Positions 25,054-39,098 of a stretch of DNA of 64,000 nt are shown one piece after another. Below the pieces are notes generated by a model that did no database searches, was not told where the DNA came from, and saw nothing but the letters and a program-made list of their open reading frames with translations. The position numbers and the translations under genes were made by a program. Numbering within the stretch: position 1 is the first letter of the stretch; the number at the start of each line of letters is the position of its first letter. Source of the stretch: Octopus vulgaris (Eukaryota); NCBI GenBank assembly GCA_951406725.2, contig OX597836.1:9858001-9922000 (forward strand). Reading direction: 5' to 3'.

Positions 25054-25557
25054 ATATAAACAATTATATAGAAATATAAAAAAAAAAAATGATGCAAACT
25101 TAGTCTTTTGGATTCTGTTGGTGAATGTTTAATGTCTGCTTTCCATGCTGGCATGGGTTGGACGATTTGACTGAGGACTGGCGAACCAGATGGCTGCACC
25201 AGGCTCAAAAACAATGACGTTGACGAGTATAATAATAATAATAATATTAATAATGAGGTAATTTTGCAGAGCAAAACTCAATATCTGAAAACAAATAAAT
25301 TTAAAGCCAACATTGTGATTGAGACAGACTTACAGACTAGCAGGACCTATTCCTACAATTATATGTAAAATAAAATAAACTTTTTTTAATTGCTGAATAA
25401 ATACACTGTGTGGTAAGTAGCTTGCTAACCAACCACATGGTTCCGGGTTCAGTCCCACTGCGTGGCATCTTGGGCAAGTGTCTTTTGCTATAGCCCCGGG
25501 CCAACCAATGCCTTGTAAGTGGATTTGGTAGACAGAAACTGAAAGAAGCCTGTCGTA

Positions 25558-25607
<50 letters not shown>

Positions 25608-27954
25608 TGTGTGTGTATGTGTTTGTGTGTTTGTCCCCTTAGTATTGGTGTGTTTATGTCCCGTCACTTAGTGGTTCGGCAAAAGAGACCGATAGAATAA
25701 GTACTGGGCTTACAAAGAATAAGTCCCGGGATCGATTTGCTCGACTAAAGGCGGTGCTCCAGCATGGCCGCAGTGAAATGACTGAAACAAGTAAAAGAGT
25801 AAACTGCCTGCAGCAGAGATTGAACTCACAACAGGTCATCTAGCAGTTATATATCAACAAACCTGGAATCTTCCAGCCAAAAGAAAATAACTGGTATGTG
25901 ATATTTCAAATTCTATACACACCTATCCCACTGATCTTAATTCTCAGATATTAACCTGGCATTTTGTCGGATTATAAAGGGGAGTACTTCAGCTAATTCA
26001 AATCAACAGAACAACCTGCTCGTGAAATTAACAAAGTGGTTGAGTACTCCACAGTCATGCGTATCCTTAATGTAGTTCCCAGGAAGATTCATTGTGACAC
26101 ACTATGTGACAAGGCTGGCCTTTTGAAATACAGATACAATTGATTTTTGCCAGCTGAGTGGACTGGAGCGACATGAAATAATAACATGTCTTGCTCAAGA
26201 ATTGAACTCACAAACTTTCAATCATGAGTTAAATATCGAAATAAATTAAGCCATGTGCCTTCATTCTCACAAATTAGGACAAGTTGACTCCCCGACACAT
26301 ACACCACCACCAACATCCACTACTTAATTTCTTAATCATTTCAATATTAATTCTGCCTGAGAATGATCTAGATTATAATACAAACATTATCATCATCATC
26401 GTCGTCGTCGTTTAACATCTGCTATCCATGCTGGCATGGGTTGGATGGTTTGACTGAAGAATGGCAAGCCAGTAGGCTGCACCAGGCTCCAATATCATCT
26501 GGCAAGGTCTCTACAGCTGGATGCCCTCCCAAATGCCAACCCCTCTGAGAGTGTAGTGGGTGCTTTTTTATGTGCCACTGGTATGGGAGCCAGTCAGGCG
26601 GAACTGGCATTGACCACGTTTGGATGATGCCTTTTATGTGCCACCAGCACAGGACAATGGAACCTAGGGCTGCTCCCAGATTTACCAGCTGCTATCAAAC
26701 CATTCAACCCATGCTAGCATGGAAAATGGATATATAATGATGACGATGACGATGATGATGATCATCATCATCACCATCATGAGAGTGTCATATCTTATGC
26801 ATTCAACCAATGAAATTCTTACAAATTTTGTTGCAGCAGGAAAACAGAAAATTAAAAAATAAAAATAAAAAAGATTTATTGACAATAGATGTAAAACAGA
26901 ATTAAAAGCATTTCTATGTAGATACTTAAAAATATCAATGTATTTTTTTACCAAAAAAAAACCAACCCAAAAACCCAAAAAACAAACTATTCTGCTATTT
27001 TTGAAGCTTTGTAAGATAAGAGATGAAAAAACTTGCAGAGAACATAAAAAACTCTGAATCCATTCCTGTTCTCAGTTTTAAAATGTCAGCTTTGATGGCA
27101 GTGATACGATGCAATCTGCAAGGTTTAACCACTAGCGCCATACCATCTATTACTAATTTCCGAAGATGGAAATCTTACAAGACATGAATCATATAGTCAT
27201 GTGTATTTGTTTTACTAGTTTCAGTGAATGGATTGTGACCAAGCTGGAGCATTATCACAAGTGGTTTTAGTGCATGAAGTAGACTCCATTCTACTTCGGA
27301 AGTTATTTGGAGTCTGATCCTTATTTTATTGGTTTTCTCTTGTCGAATGGCTAAGTTACAGAGACATAAACAAACCAACACTGGTTGTAAAGTGGCAACA
27401 TAGACACACATACACATGCATGCATAGATGCACAAACATATACATAGATGTACACATGCATACATATATGCACATACAAACACACACATACATATACAAA
27501 CACACAGGCATAAATACACACACACACACATATATACAAACACACACACAATGAGGCTTCTGTATAGTTTCCTTCCACAAAATTCACTCATACATATGCA
27601 TATAGACATATGCACAAACATACATAGATGTACACATGTATACATATATGCACATATACAAACACACACAAAAACATGCATGAATACATACACAAATACA
27701 CATACATACCTACATGCATACATATACAAGGACACACACATACATAAGTACATACATATATAAAAACAAATACACATACAAACACACACACATATGTACA
27801 CACAACGAGGCTTCTGTATAGTTTCCTTCCACCAAATTCACTCATAAAGCTGGTTACTACAGTAAAAGTCATTTGCTGTACAATGTAAGGTAAGGAGAGC
27901 TCAATATACAAAATGGAGATGAAGGGGTTCATATAATAATAATAATGGTATTAA

Positions 27955-29635
27955 GAAAACAGACTATATAACTGTCAATTTTGATGCAAGCTGCCTATAA
28001 ATTTATGATCATTAGTTGTGTCTGTTCAGGACTGGAAATGGCTTCTGTAAAATGGCCATGGAGGAAGTTATAGGTATACTTGCTAAGCATGATGGGAAAG
28101 AAAAATAAAGATTATTTATGTTTTCTTTAATCTATGGAAAAGATGTTTTTATTGCAAGGACAATAATACAGGGATCAGGCTCAATGAGTTACGGCTGGTA
28201 AGAGAGGGGATAAAAAAAAAAATTGGGATTAAAATAAAGAGATAAAGAGCAAGAAATAGAAAGATAAAGAGAAAGATATAGGGAGGAAAGAGCGGAAAGT
28301 TAAGAGGAAAGAATGGAAGAAAAAGTTAGAAGGAAAGACAGGAAGAAAAGATAGTAGGAAAGAAGAGAAATAAGGGGAAAGAGAGGGGGAGGAAAAATAG
28401 AAAGGAATGAATTGAGTACAAAAAAGACAATCAGCAAGAAGTGAATGGAATAGATGGAGCAATGTTGTCCACAGTGGTAACCATTTTATAGTGATTTAGA
28501 CCACTACTAGAGGATATATTTCTTCTCATGCAAGCAAGACATGGAAGCCTCAGATTTAACAGGTATGGTCCTGGTCTAAGCAAGTTCTTTTGTAGCAACT
28601 TCTTTTCTGCTGTACACAACTAACATCTTTTGTTGTTATAGCAAGAATTACATTTTTTTCAATAATCTCCACCTAATATGGCAGTTTGTTTGCGCAGGTG
28701 TCTCTTCAGGCTCTCCAGTAACATGATGTAGCTTTCCAGACACGGTGCATTACTCAGCTCCTTGGATTTGATTTCTGCCCTGTATAAATGACCTGTGTTA
28801 CAATGGCTACTGAGTAGCCATGCGGTATTGTATCTATATAAACAACCAATCAGTCTGAATGCTAAAAACTGAGTTGTGTGAAAAGTTCTCTTTAATGTTA
28901 GCTGTGCAACTGAAAAAAACGTTTATGCATCCTATGAAATAGTTTTTAATACTTATGGGTGGAGGGAAATGCTTACCAACTCATCAAAGGAAGGTTTTAT
29001 GCTAAACTTAATGGTTAAAGAGAAAGTGGGTATGAACCAAATGACTTTAGGATATTCTCTTTTTAGAGGCCCAGAATTGAGTGAGTAAATATTATTCTCC
29101 TTGAACCTGCTTGCCACTAGGGAAATGGTTTGAACGAGAGAAAATTCATCCTCCTATAGTGGTCTAATACATTGTATGATGGCTGAAATTGTAGTCACCA
29201 TTGCTCCATCTATCTCACTTCCAATTGTCTGCCCTTGGTATACCACATTTCTGTTTTCTTCATGCTTCTTTTCCCTTTCTCTTTACCCTTTTCTATTTAT
29301 ACTTCGTCTCTTCATTTCTTTTCATTTTTCTATATCTTTCTATACAAGCTTTATATCTTGCTCCCAATTGTGTTTTTTTTTTAAACTAAATCTCATCCCC
29401 AGGCACATAACATACTGGGCAAGGGCCCTTGAGCTATCTCCTTGGCACTAATTTTTTTTCCCCCTCTCAGTTTAAAACAAAAAAAATTTCTAAGTTTTGT
29501 TATTGTTACAATTAAGCAATACTTCCTCCATAGCCATTTTTCCAAAGGCCTCTTTCAAATTCAAACAGACAGATCTGAAGATTGTCAGCCAGTTTGGCAG
29601 CTTGTGTGAAACTGACAGTTACGCAATCTGTCTTG
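27955..29635 (-). mobile_element. Penelope-like retroelement relic: decayed linker/GIY-YIG ORF end (~29070-28510), 3' UTR (28510-27955) and an inverted copy of the 3' end (~29110-29635)
   Basis: Minus-strand mosaic translation: PKVIWFIPTFS...KHFP...INVFFSCTANIKENFSHN...LESYI...IRW...CYNNKRC*LCTAEKK...YLLN..SEASMSCLHEKKY, matching the Penelope pattern IWFNPPYS/KHFP/YSCxxN/CxLCxxEK/LLNxRSE/CxH. 27955-28530 is a diverged inverted repeat of 29130-29635 (e.g. atagatggagcaatg/ttgctccatctat; aaaatggccatggaggaagt/acttcctccatagccatttt). Confidence 0.8.
29568..29632 (+). ncRNA. Hammerhead-ribozyme-like motif (type I topology) at the end of the Penelope inverted repeat; probably degenerate
   Basis: gacagat-CTGAAGA(29575-81)-stem II region-GAAAC(29608-12)-palindromic CTG A CAG-TT...atctgtc (29626-32 pairs with 29568-74). 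The mirror arm on the minus strand (~27958-28026) has decayed CTAATGA...AAAAT-tgacagtt. Confidence 0.5.
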
Positions 29636-30594
29636 TTTATATGATTCACTCATATATATATATATACACACACACACACAAACACACACACATTTCAATA
29701 AATAAATGTATTATGAACGAAATGTTTCCTTCTGTCTAAATTCCATCAAACCTACTTGATATTTATGAGCGAAAGTAAAAATGACTATAATGAACTGTCA
29801 CAAACAAATTGCTATTCTTGCACCGTATTGATTTTTGACAAATTGTAAAAGGAAGTAATTTCTTCAAAAATATTTCACCTTCTCTTTTCCATCTCCAGTA
29901 CTCACCGAATTGTGTTTATACTAATGAGCTTGGCTAAGTTTATATATATACATAGGAATTACTAAACTGAAATGTTCAAGGTGTTTGCCAATAAAGATTA
30001 TAAGAATTGTTGGTTTAGTGATATTTTGTCACATTTTGTATGTTTAACCATTTCGCTAATAAATTTCTATTGAAATATACTGCTTCTGTTTCAATAAATT
30101 TCGAAAATGATGAAGAATTTACTAAAACGTCTGCCATTATTGAGTGAATGTTTGGAAGAGAAATTAGCATGAAATTTTGATGTTTTAACTTTAAATATAG
30201 GTCACTTTAACCCTTTTGTTACCATATTCCTGACTAAATACACTGCTTTTGTTTCATTTAATTTTGAGAATAATGAATCATCATCACCATCGTTATTTAA
30301 CATCTGCTTTCCATGCTAGCATGGGTTGGACGATTTGACTGAGGTCTGGTGAACCAGATGGCTGCACCAGACTCCAATCTTGATCTGGCAGAGTTTCTAC
30401 AGCTGGATGCCCTTCCTAATGCCAACCACTCCGAGAGTGTAGTGGGTGCTTTTACGTGCCACAGGCACAAGGACCAGTCAAGCAGTACTGGCAACAGCCA
30501 TGCTCAAATGGTGCCTTTTATGTGCCACCTGCACAAGTGCCAGTAAGGCGACATAGGTAACGATCATGCAAGCGACGCGGGTAATGATCACGCC

Positions 30595-31030
30595 TGGTGT
30601 TAGGAAGGTGTCCAGCAGTAAAAACCATACCAAAAGTGACCTCACCTATGCTGATGCCACATAAAAAGTACTCTTTTCATTCTGTGGGGTTGTTGGTGTT
30701 AGGAAGGGCACCCAGCCATAAAAACCATGCAAAACTGACTCACCTGTGCTTGTGCCACGTAAAAAGCACTCACTCCACTCTGTGGGGTGGTTGGCATTAA
30801 GAAGGTGTCCAATAGTAAAAACCATGTCAAAAGTTACCTCACCTGTGCTGGTGCCATGTAAAAAGTCCACTCTGTGGGGTGGTTGGTGTTATGAAGGGCA
30901 TCCAGCAGTAAAAACGATGCTGAAAGTGACCTCACCTGTGCTGGTACCACGTAAAAAGTACTCAGTCCACTTTGTAGGGTAGCTGGTACTAGGAAGGGCA
31001 TCCAGCAGTAAAAACCATGCCAAAAACAGA
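30595..31030 (+). repeat. ~98-bp tandem repeat (~4.5 copies) derived from family E
   Basis: Recurring ggtgttaggaagggcatccagcagtaaaaaccatg...acctcacctgtgctggtgccacgtaaaaag. Confidence 0.8.
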
Positions 31031-33919
31031 CATTGAAGCTTGGTGCAGTATTCTGACCTGTCAGCTCCAGTGAAACTACCCGATCTATGCAAGCATGGAA
31101 GGTGGATGTTACATGAAGATGATGATAAGTGCATATCCATCTTCTTGTCTTGATATCATGTGATAGTCGTAAACAAGTGTCACTGTAATACTAGCAGCAC
31201 CGTTCATGTTACCTCTCTTCTTTTCAGTGCCCACACCCTTGATGGTGAACTGAATCAAGGTGGGGGAGTGGGGCAGTGGCTCTGAGAAGGTGTCTAAGAC
31301 TGGTTACAACTAGGATAAAGGGTAAAGATTCCCTTCAGTCATGAATGACCATGGGATTGCACCTAGAAAGGCACAGATCTGGGCAAGGCTGTGTATGGAA
31401 AACCAGCAGTCATCCATGCATACCATCCTCCACTCTCCACACCACCAATGTTATCCAAGGGAAAGGCAAAGAGGCCGATACAGCTTGGCACCAGTGACGT
31501 CGCAACTCATTTCTACAGCTGAGTTAACTGGAGCAATGTGAAAGTGTCTTGCTCAAGAACACAACACGCAGCCCAGTCTGGGAATCGAACTCACAACCTC
31601 ATGATTGTGAGCCAGATGCTCAGGCACCAAAAATGACTAGCAAAAGTATGGTTCATGCTGCCGTCTCTTACTGTCTGTCTTGCAAGAGACGGATATGGTT
31701 TTGGCATTACTTTCACTGACATACATAGCAAATGATAAACCAGTTATTCCGACTTTGGTTTTGAGCAAGCCAGAACAAATTAAAGAAATATATTCCTGGA
31801 ATTGCGAATTTGGATATTTTTATTTACGTATTATTATTATTATTATTATCATTTGGTATGTAGGGAATCTTTTGAAGTGAATGATCTTTTCTCTCTCATC
31901 TCTATCTCCTTTTCCTGCTCTCTATCTCTCTATCTCTCTCATTTGATACAGGAAACACAAACCACAAGAACGGTTAATAAAATGTAGCACTTAAGAAACA
32001 CGCAGAAGTAGAATCTACAAGATTAAAAGAAGACTTATATGGTTCTGATTATTGCTAATGGATTTTAATTTCTATCATATGAAGTCGGGAAATAATTTAA
32101 TGATTTTGAAGAATTTTATTCTGAGACAGATTTAAAGCGTAAATGCTAAATGGCATTTACTGAACTTTTATAAATATTAAATCAATATATCTGTGTATCT
32201 TCTTTACAATTTTCTGATCACTACAGACATCATGATGATCATCATCATAATCTTTTCATGTCCATGTTCAAAGCTAGCACGAGTAAAATGATTTGACAGG
32301 ATTCACTGCGTCTGAGGACTGCAATGTGCTACACTGTCTGCTTTAGTATGGATTCTGTGGCTGTACACCTTCCCTAATGGCAACCTCTTTATAGACTGTA
32401 TCAGCTGCTTTTTTCATGGCACCAGCACCAGTTAAGCTGTCATGCAGCTTGCAAGATGAAGATTCCCTTCAACTGAGAGGGGCCAGAGTAGAGAAAGGGA
32501 TGTGGCTTAATGTTGGGAGATGAGAAGTATGAAAGGAGGGGGCTACAGCAAAGAGGAAGGTGGCTTTATGGTAGGAGATGAGCATAAAAGAAGGGCTACA
32601 GTAAATATGGAGGTGGCTTTATGATAGATGAGAGGTTGAAGCATGAAGGCAGGGGCCACAGTAGAGAAATGGAGGTGGCTATATGCTAGGAGATGAGAGG
32701 TTAAGGCAGTGGTTCTCAAACAGTGTCCAAATGGCCCCTATATATATTTTTAATATATTTTAAAGTTTAGGATAAAATCTATATATGACTGAAACAAGTA
32801 AAAGAGTCACAAAGCATTGTCTGGACCAAAGCTTTAGCAGAAGACACCAAATACTTGCCCACTGTGCCGTTCAAAGAGAAAACATGTTTTCAAGTGATGT
32901 CAGTCACATAGGAATGGAAAAAGAAATAAGAGATCCCCGAGGTGATGGTAAGCAGGTTGTGTCCATCTACCAAATTCACTCACAAGACAATTTGTTGGTC
33001 AGGGGTTAAAGCAGAAGACACTAGAAAGTTTGCCCATTGCACCATGGGCAAAGAGAAAACAGATGTTTCAAGCAACGTCAATCATACAGTAAAAAAATTG
33101 AGATAAGCATCACTAAGATGATGGCATGCAGGTTGCTATGGTAGAGGAATAAAAGCACAGTCTAGGTACGATAAATAATTGATGTTTTTACTCTAGGCTA
33201 AGGTATTTATCTGGATATTAAATCTCTCACAATTCTACAGTAATAATTTCAGCAGATTTTTTTTTTTTGTACTGAACATATATGGTTTTGTATAGCAGTC
33301 GTCAATGATTTAAGTTTATAACAAACTGTAGGAGTTTTCCCCCAAGAACACAATCCTATTAATCCTACTTTTTAGGTTATACTTGGCAGAGAAAAAAAAT
33401 ATTTGTTTCATCGAAAAAGTTTGAAGCAAAACAAAAGAGAACATAAAACAAAATGTCTCTTTAACACCCACTGTTTTTCGCATGCAACGATAAATTTATT
33501 CTGCGTAAATATAATCCATTGTAAAAGAGAAAACAATAGAACTAAGAAAATAATGTGAGTCTTGGGATTGATGGAGGAAAGAATTTTGGTAGGAAATTAA
33601 GTTTATCCAAGTTACTATTTTTGTGGAGAATTCACAAAAAAACAAAAAAAAAGACGAAGACAGGTGGTGTAGATAACAAACAAATGTATTAGTATAATGC
33701 CCGGGAAGTGAAAAAATCTTTAACGTTTCAAGTCTACGCTCTTCCACAGAAAGAAACAAGGAGAGAAAATAAAAAATGTGTAGTGGCTAGCGATCTATCA
33801 TTTGTATTTGGTTTGCAAGATTCTTAATGTGAACCCATATGTTGAAACAGATTTCACTGAATCTTGGGAGGGTCATTATGCCAATAATAAACACCCACAC
33901 TGGTTCTATTTCACTTATT

Positions 33920-33957
<38 letters not shown>

Positions 33958-34932
33958 GGACAAGGATTCAGGAATGGCTGTGTGGTAAGTAGCTTGCTTA
34001 CCAACCACATGGTTCTGGGTTTAGTCCCACTGTGTGGTACCTTGGACAAGTGTCTTCTACTATAGCCTCGGGACGACCAAAGCCTTGTGAGTGGATTTGG
34101 TAGATGGAAACTGAAAGAAGCCCGCCATATATATTTATATGTATATATATGTGTGTGTGTGTTTGTGTCTATGTTTGTCCTCCCAACATCGCTTGACAAC
34201 TAATGCTGGTGTGTGTACGTCCCCATAACTTAGTGGTTCGGCAAAAAGAGACTGACAGAATAAGTACTAGGCATCCAAAGAATAAGTCCTGGGGTCAATT
34301 TGCTCGACTAAAGGCGGTGCTCCAGCATGGCCACAGTCAAATGACTGAAACAAGTAAAAGAGTAAAAAAAGAGTAAAAGAGCAGTTGGGTTCATTTTCAG
34401 TATTCTCGTTTGTGAGATCAATCGAGTTGGTTTCAGAGATTCTCATTTTAAAAACCATCTCTGGCCAATCGTTGAGAGGACGTTGGTGTTGCCTTGACAG
34501 AGGTTTGGGTTCTCTGAGTGCTCGTTATTATTATTATTAACAGGTAGAATCATTACCATGCCAAGCAAATGCTTAGCAGCATTTCATCTGTTTTTATGTT
34601 CTGAGTTCAAACACTACTGAAATCAACTTTGCCTTTCATCCTTTCATGGTTATCATCATCATCATCACCATCATTGTTTAACATCCGCTTTCCATGCTAG
34701 TATGGGTTGGACAATTTGACTGAAGACTGGCAAACCAGATGGCTGCACCAGGTTCCCTTTCATGGTCAATAAAATAAATACCAGTTGAATACCAGGGTCA
34801 TGCTAGCCTTGAGCCAAAATTTGAAGTCATCATTATTAGTCAACTGGTTAATCATTTATCCAATTAACTGATTGCTTCACAAATTGTTTGGTCAATCAAC
34901 CGAGAAGTTAGGTTCGTCAAAGTTCTTTCAAC

Positions 34933-35047
34933 CAGGGCTGTGGAGTCGAAACAAAAAAACCTTGACTCTGACTCCTCTAGTATTGGCACCTCCGACTCCG
35001 ACTCCTGCTATCCCTTAATTGTTTATGACTCTGACTCCACAACTCTG
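34933..35047. mobile_element. hAT-type MITE with 8-bp TSD
   Basis: TIRs cagggctgtggagtc / gactccacaactctg; perfect TSD CTTTCAAC (34925-32 and 35048-55); internal gactcc repeats. Confidence 0.85.
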
Positions 35048-35620
35048 CTTTCAACATTATCAGAGACCTCATCAATGACATCCTTTGTCTGCTTCAAGTC
35101 TTTGTCTTCACTTTAGACAAAACAAATTCAATAAAAGCAACCATGTGATGTCTCAAACATCAAAATATTTGGTTACATTACAACAAAAGAACTATTTTTA
35201 AAACAAAAACAACAAAAAAAAAAAGATTGAATGACTTTAGATATATGAAATTAGTTGAAACAAGCCAATTAGAGCTTTCATACAATTTCCTCATTGTCAT
35301 CATCATCAACAACAACAATGCTTGAACATTACTGTCTCAAGTTCTGAGATTCATAGGGACAGTTACCCAGTTTCCATGGAATCAAAACCAAAACATTCCC
35401 CCCTGAATTGAATGCCAGCTCACTGCGGGGTTACTTATTCACAGTTTAGTGGACTGGAGCAACATAAAATTAAGTGTTTTTCCTCAAGAACACAGCACAA
35501 AGTCAGTCTGGGAATTGAAACCATGATCTTCTGATCATGAGAGGAACAGCCTACCAACTATATATATATATACATGCACACACACACACATATATATATA
35601 TTTATTATACACTATTAAAA

Positions 35621-35851
35621 GGCGGCGAGCTGGCAGAAACGTTAGCACGCCGGGCGAAATGCTTAGCGATATTTCATCTGCCGTTACGTTCTGAGTTCAA
35701 ATTCCGCTGAGGTTGACTTTGCCTTTCATCCTTTCGGGGTCGATAAATTAAGTACCGGTTATGCACTGGGGTCGATTTAATTGACTTAATCCATTTGTCT
35801 GTCCTTGTTTGTCCCCTCTGTGCTAAGCCCCTTGTGGGTAGTAAAGAAATA
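35621..35851 (+). mobile_element. SINE family A monomer (further copies at ~4204, 6735, 7720, 12670, 42285, 46430, 48185, 54700)
   Basis: Complete ggcggcgagctggcagaaacgttagc...gtaaagaaata unit. Confidence 0.85.
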
Positions 35852-37226
35852 TATATACTATAAGTTCCCTTTCGGTCATGAAAGACAATGAGATTGCATC
35901 TAGAAAGTTCCTCCCTGAGGTACAAGTCCGGGCAAGGTTGTTTTATGGAAGACCAGCAGTCGCCCATGCATATCAGCCTCTCCGCTCTACACTCCACTGA
36001 TCTTATCCAAAGGAAAGGAGAAAGGCCGATACAGCTTGGCACCAGCGATGTTGCAACACATTTCTACATTTCTACAGTTGAGTGAACTGGAGCCATGTGA
36101 AATAGAGTGTCTTGCTCAAGAACACAACACACAGCCCGGTCCAGGAATCGAGCTCACTAGCTATGCACTCTAACCACTGAGCCATGTACCTTTACACACG
36201 TGCACATATGTTATACATACATACACGCACATACACACATGTTCACACACACATACACACAAACATACACATGATGGATTTCTTAAAGTTTCTGTCTACC
36301 AAATCCACTCACAAGGCTTTGGTCAGCCTGAAGTTATAGTAGATAGCACCCAAAGTGCCACACAGTGGGACTGAACCCGGAACCATGTAGTTGGGAAGCA
36401 GATTTCTTACCATGCAGCTACGCTCGTTGAAATATTGCACATATTTTTTTTTATTTGTTAACATTCACTTTCTCTCTGCATACAGGACATTAGTCAGGTC
36501 ATTGAGGAAGCATTTAATATTTGATAAGCTTCTAAGATTGAAGACGACATTGCACTTAACAACTGAACAGTTCTCACTTCATATCCAGTTAAAGACATTA
36601 CGTGTGTTTATAGATAAGACATTCTGCTCTCAAAGGTGAAGATGACCCAGCTTTAAGTTGCCGATGGGGTTGCCAGAAGTGTAGCTAGACGGTGTGCTGC
36701 CTGGAGTGGCCCCTAACTTTGCTTTCACACCCACTGACCTTTGCCCCAGTACTGGCTCATACAACAGATGCAAAGGTGCCTCCCTTCACTGGGGGTCGTT
36801 ATAATCGACTTAATCCATTTGCCTGTCCTTGTTTGTCCTCTCTGTGTTTAGCCCCTTGTGGGTAGTAAAGAAATAGGTATTGTTTTTAGTCCTGCTGGGT
36901 GTCCAGACACCCTTCTCACAAGGATAGCAAGCTATTCAAGTGGAGGAACTGGTTTAGCCACTGACCACTCAACCATGGAACAGTCAGTACTGGTTTCCAT
37001 GGTTCCCTGTTGCAAGATTCATCAGTTTGTGATGAGATCTATGACCCGTCAGCCACAAAGAACCAATCCTTTTTACTGAGATCACTTCCATTCCTGTCAC
37101 ACTTTCTGCTTGTATGTCCATTTTTCTTCTAGAAGACATTGGCAGTAATCAAGTGTGGAGAGGAATGTGGTCTGCCAATCTAAAACCACAAAAAACGCAT
37201 GAGATACACTGTATGTCACAATTGTG

Positions 37227-37613
37227 TGGAGGTGCAATGGCCCAGTGGTTAGGGCAGCAGACTCGCAGTCGTAGGATCGTGGTATTGATTCCCAGACCGG
37301 GCGTTGTGAGTGTTTATTGAGCGAAAACACCTAAAGCTCCACGAGGCTCCGGCGGGGGATGGTGGTGATCCCTGCTGTACTCTTTCGCTACAACTTTTTC
37401 TCACTCTTACTTCCTGTTTCTGTTGTACCTGTATTTCAAGGGGCCGGCCTTGTCACTCTCTGTGTCACGCTGAATATCCCCGAGAACTACGTTAAGGGTA
37501 CACGTGTCTGTGGAGTGCTCAGCCACTTACACGTTAAATTCATGAGCAGGCTGTTCCGTTGATTCGGATCAACCGGAACCCTCGTCGTCGTAACCGACGG
37601 AGCGCTTCCATCC
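37227..37613 (+). mobile_element. tRNA(Arg)-like SINE (family C), full length with TSD
   Basis: tRNA-like head (tggcccagtgg...gactcgc...gattccc) similar to family D but with a different 3' body; 14-bp TSD ATGTCACAATTGTG (37213-26 and 37614-27). Confidence 0.85.
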
Positions 37614-38314
37614 ATGTCACAATTGTGCCATGGCACACTTATGACTCCATCGAGGAGTTGCGGACCCCGAAGAAAAGCAAAAGCAAGACAAATTAAAAGC
37701 TAAGTTTCACAAAACTTTATCTCTTGTTTACTGACCACTTCAAAAAAAAAAACAAAAAAAAAAACAATAAAATAAATAAAAAAAACTTGTCTAAATTTAC
37801 ATAATTTCACTTAAATTGCTATCTCGCCTGAAGCATTTCTTCTGCTTGACAAAACAGAAAGAATTAACACTTTCAATTTAACGCTACTAGCATATAAGCC
37901 AGTGCTTTGTCTAAACAGATTAAAAGTTTAACATCTAAAAACAGCTGAATACAAAACATGGTACAGTGAAACAGCATTAATTCTCAATATTCTTTATTAT
38001 TTAGAGGAGAGAAATTAAAATATTTTCCACAGCTATTTTCCGTTTCTGTGTCTGTCTGTGTCTGGCTCTAAGAGGTCAAAGTGTTAAATATCTAAAACAG
38101 TTTTGAGAGTCTATTATAGCAGTTAGTAGGAAAGACTAGTATTAACTTATAATTGAAAATAAAACTGTCAGTAAATGAGATAACGAAATACATTGTTCGT
38201 GAAAGGCTTCAAGAGCAATCAATTGAAAGCCGAGTCTATTTTCTGCTGCTTCTGTTATTGTAACAACTGTTGCAGAGCTGCTGTACTCATTGTTCACTTG
38301 TCCTCACTGACTTC

Positions 38315-38345
<31 letters not shown>

Positions 38346-38595
38346 TTCGTTACATGTTGTCACTACCTACTCAATGTCTCTTCATTTAAGATTACATTCA
38401 GAAACTGCGGCTTTGTGGCTACTTTAGCAGTGTGTAAATAAGCCAAATGGGGAGGTACGGATTACAAGTGAAAGCAAATAATCTGTCACTCCGTTGCTTA
38501 CAACGACGACGAGGTTTCCAGTTGATCCGAACAATGGAACAGCCCTGCTCTTGAAATTAACATGCAGGTGGTTAAACACTCCACAAACATATATA

Positions 38596-39098
38596 CCTAT
38601 TTCTTTACTACCCACAAGGGGCTAAACACAGAGGGGACAAACAAGGACAGACAAACGAATTAAGTCGATGACATCGACGCCAGTGCATAACTGGTACTTA
38701 ATTTATCGACCCCGAAAGGATGAAAGGCAAAGTCGACCTCGGTGGAATTTGAACTCAGAACATAACGTCAGACTAAATACCTATTTCTATACTACCCACA
38801 AGGGGCTAACCACAGAGAGGACAAACAAGGACAGACAAACAGATTAAGTTGATTACATCGATCCCAGTGCATAACTGGTACTTAATTTATCGACCTCGAA
38901 AGGGTGAAAGGCAAAGTCGACCTCGGCGGAATTTGAACTCAGAACGTAACGGCAGACGAAATACCTATTTCTTTACTACCCACGAGGGGCTAAACACAGA
39001 GGGGGACAAACAAGGACAGAGAAACGGATTAAGTCGATTACATCGACCCCAGTGCGTAACTGGTACTTAATTTATTGACCCCAAAAGGATGAAAGGCA
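38596..39098 (-). mobile_element. SINE family A trimer
   Basis: Three reverse-complement bodies with aaatacctatttc junctions at ~38776 and ~38960. Confidence 0.85.

Noticed and set aside
27175-27932. Cys/Val/Tyr/Met-rich ORFs (also at 17796-18333 and 62479-63051)
   Set aside because: (TG)/(TA) microsatellite artefacts.
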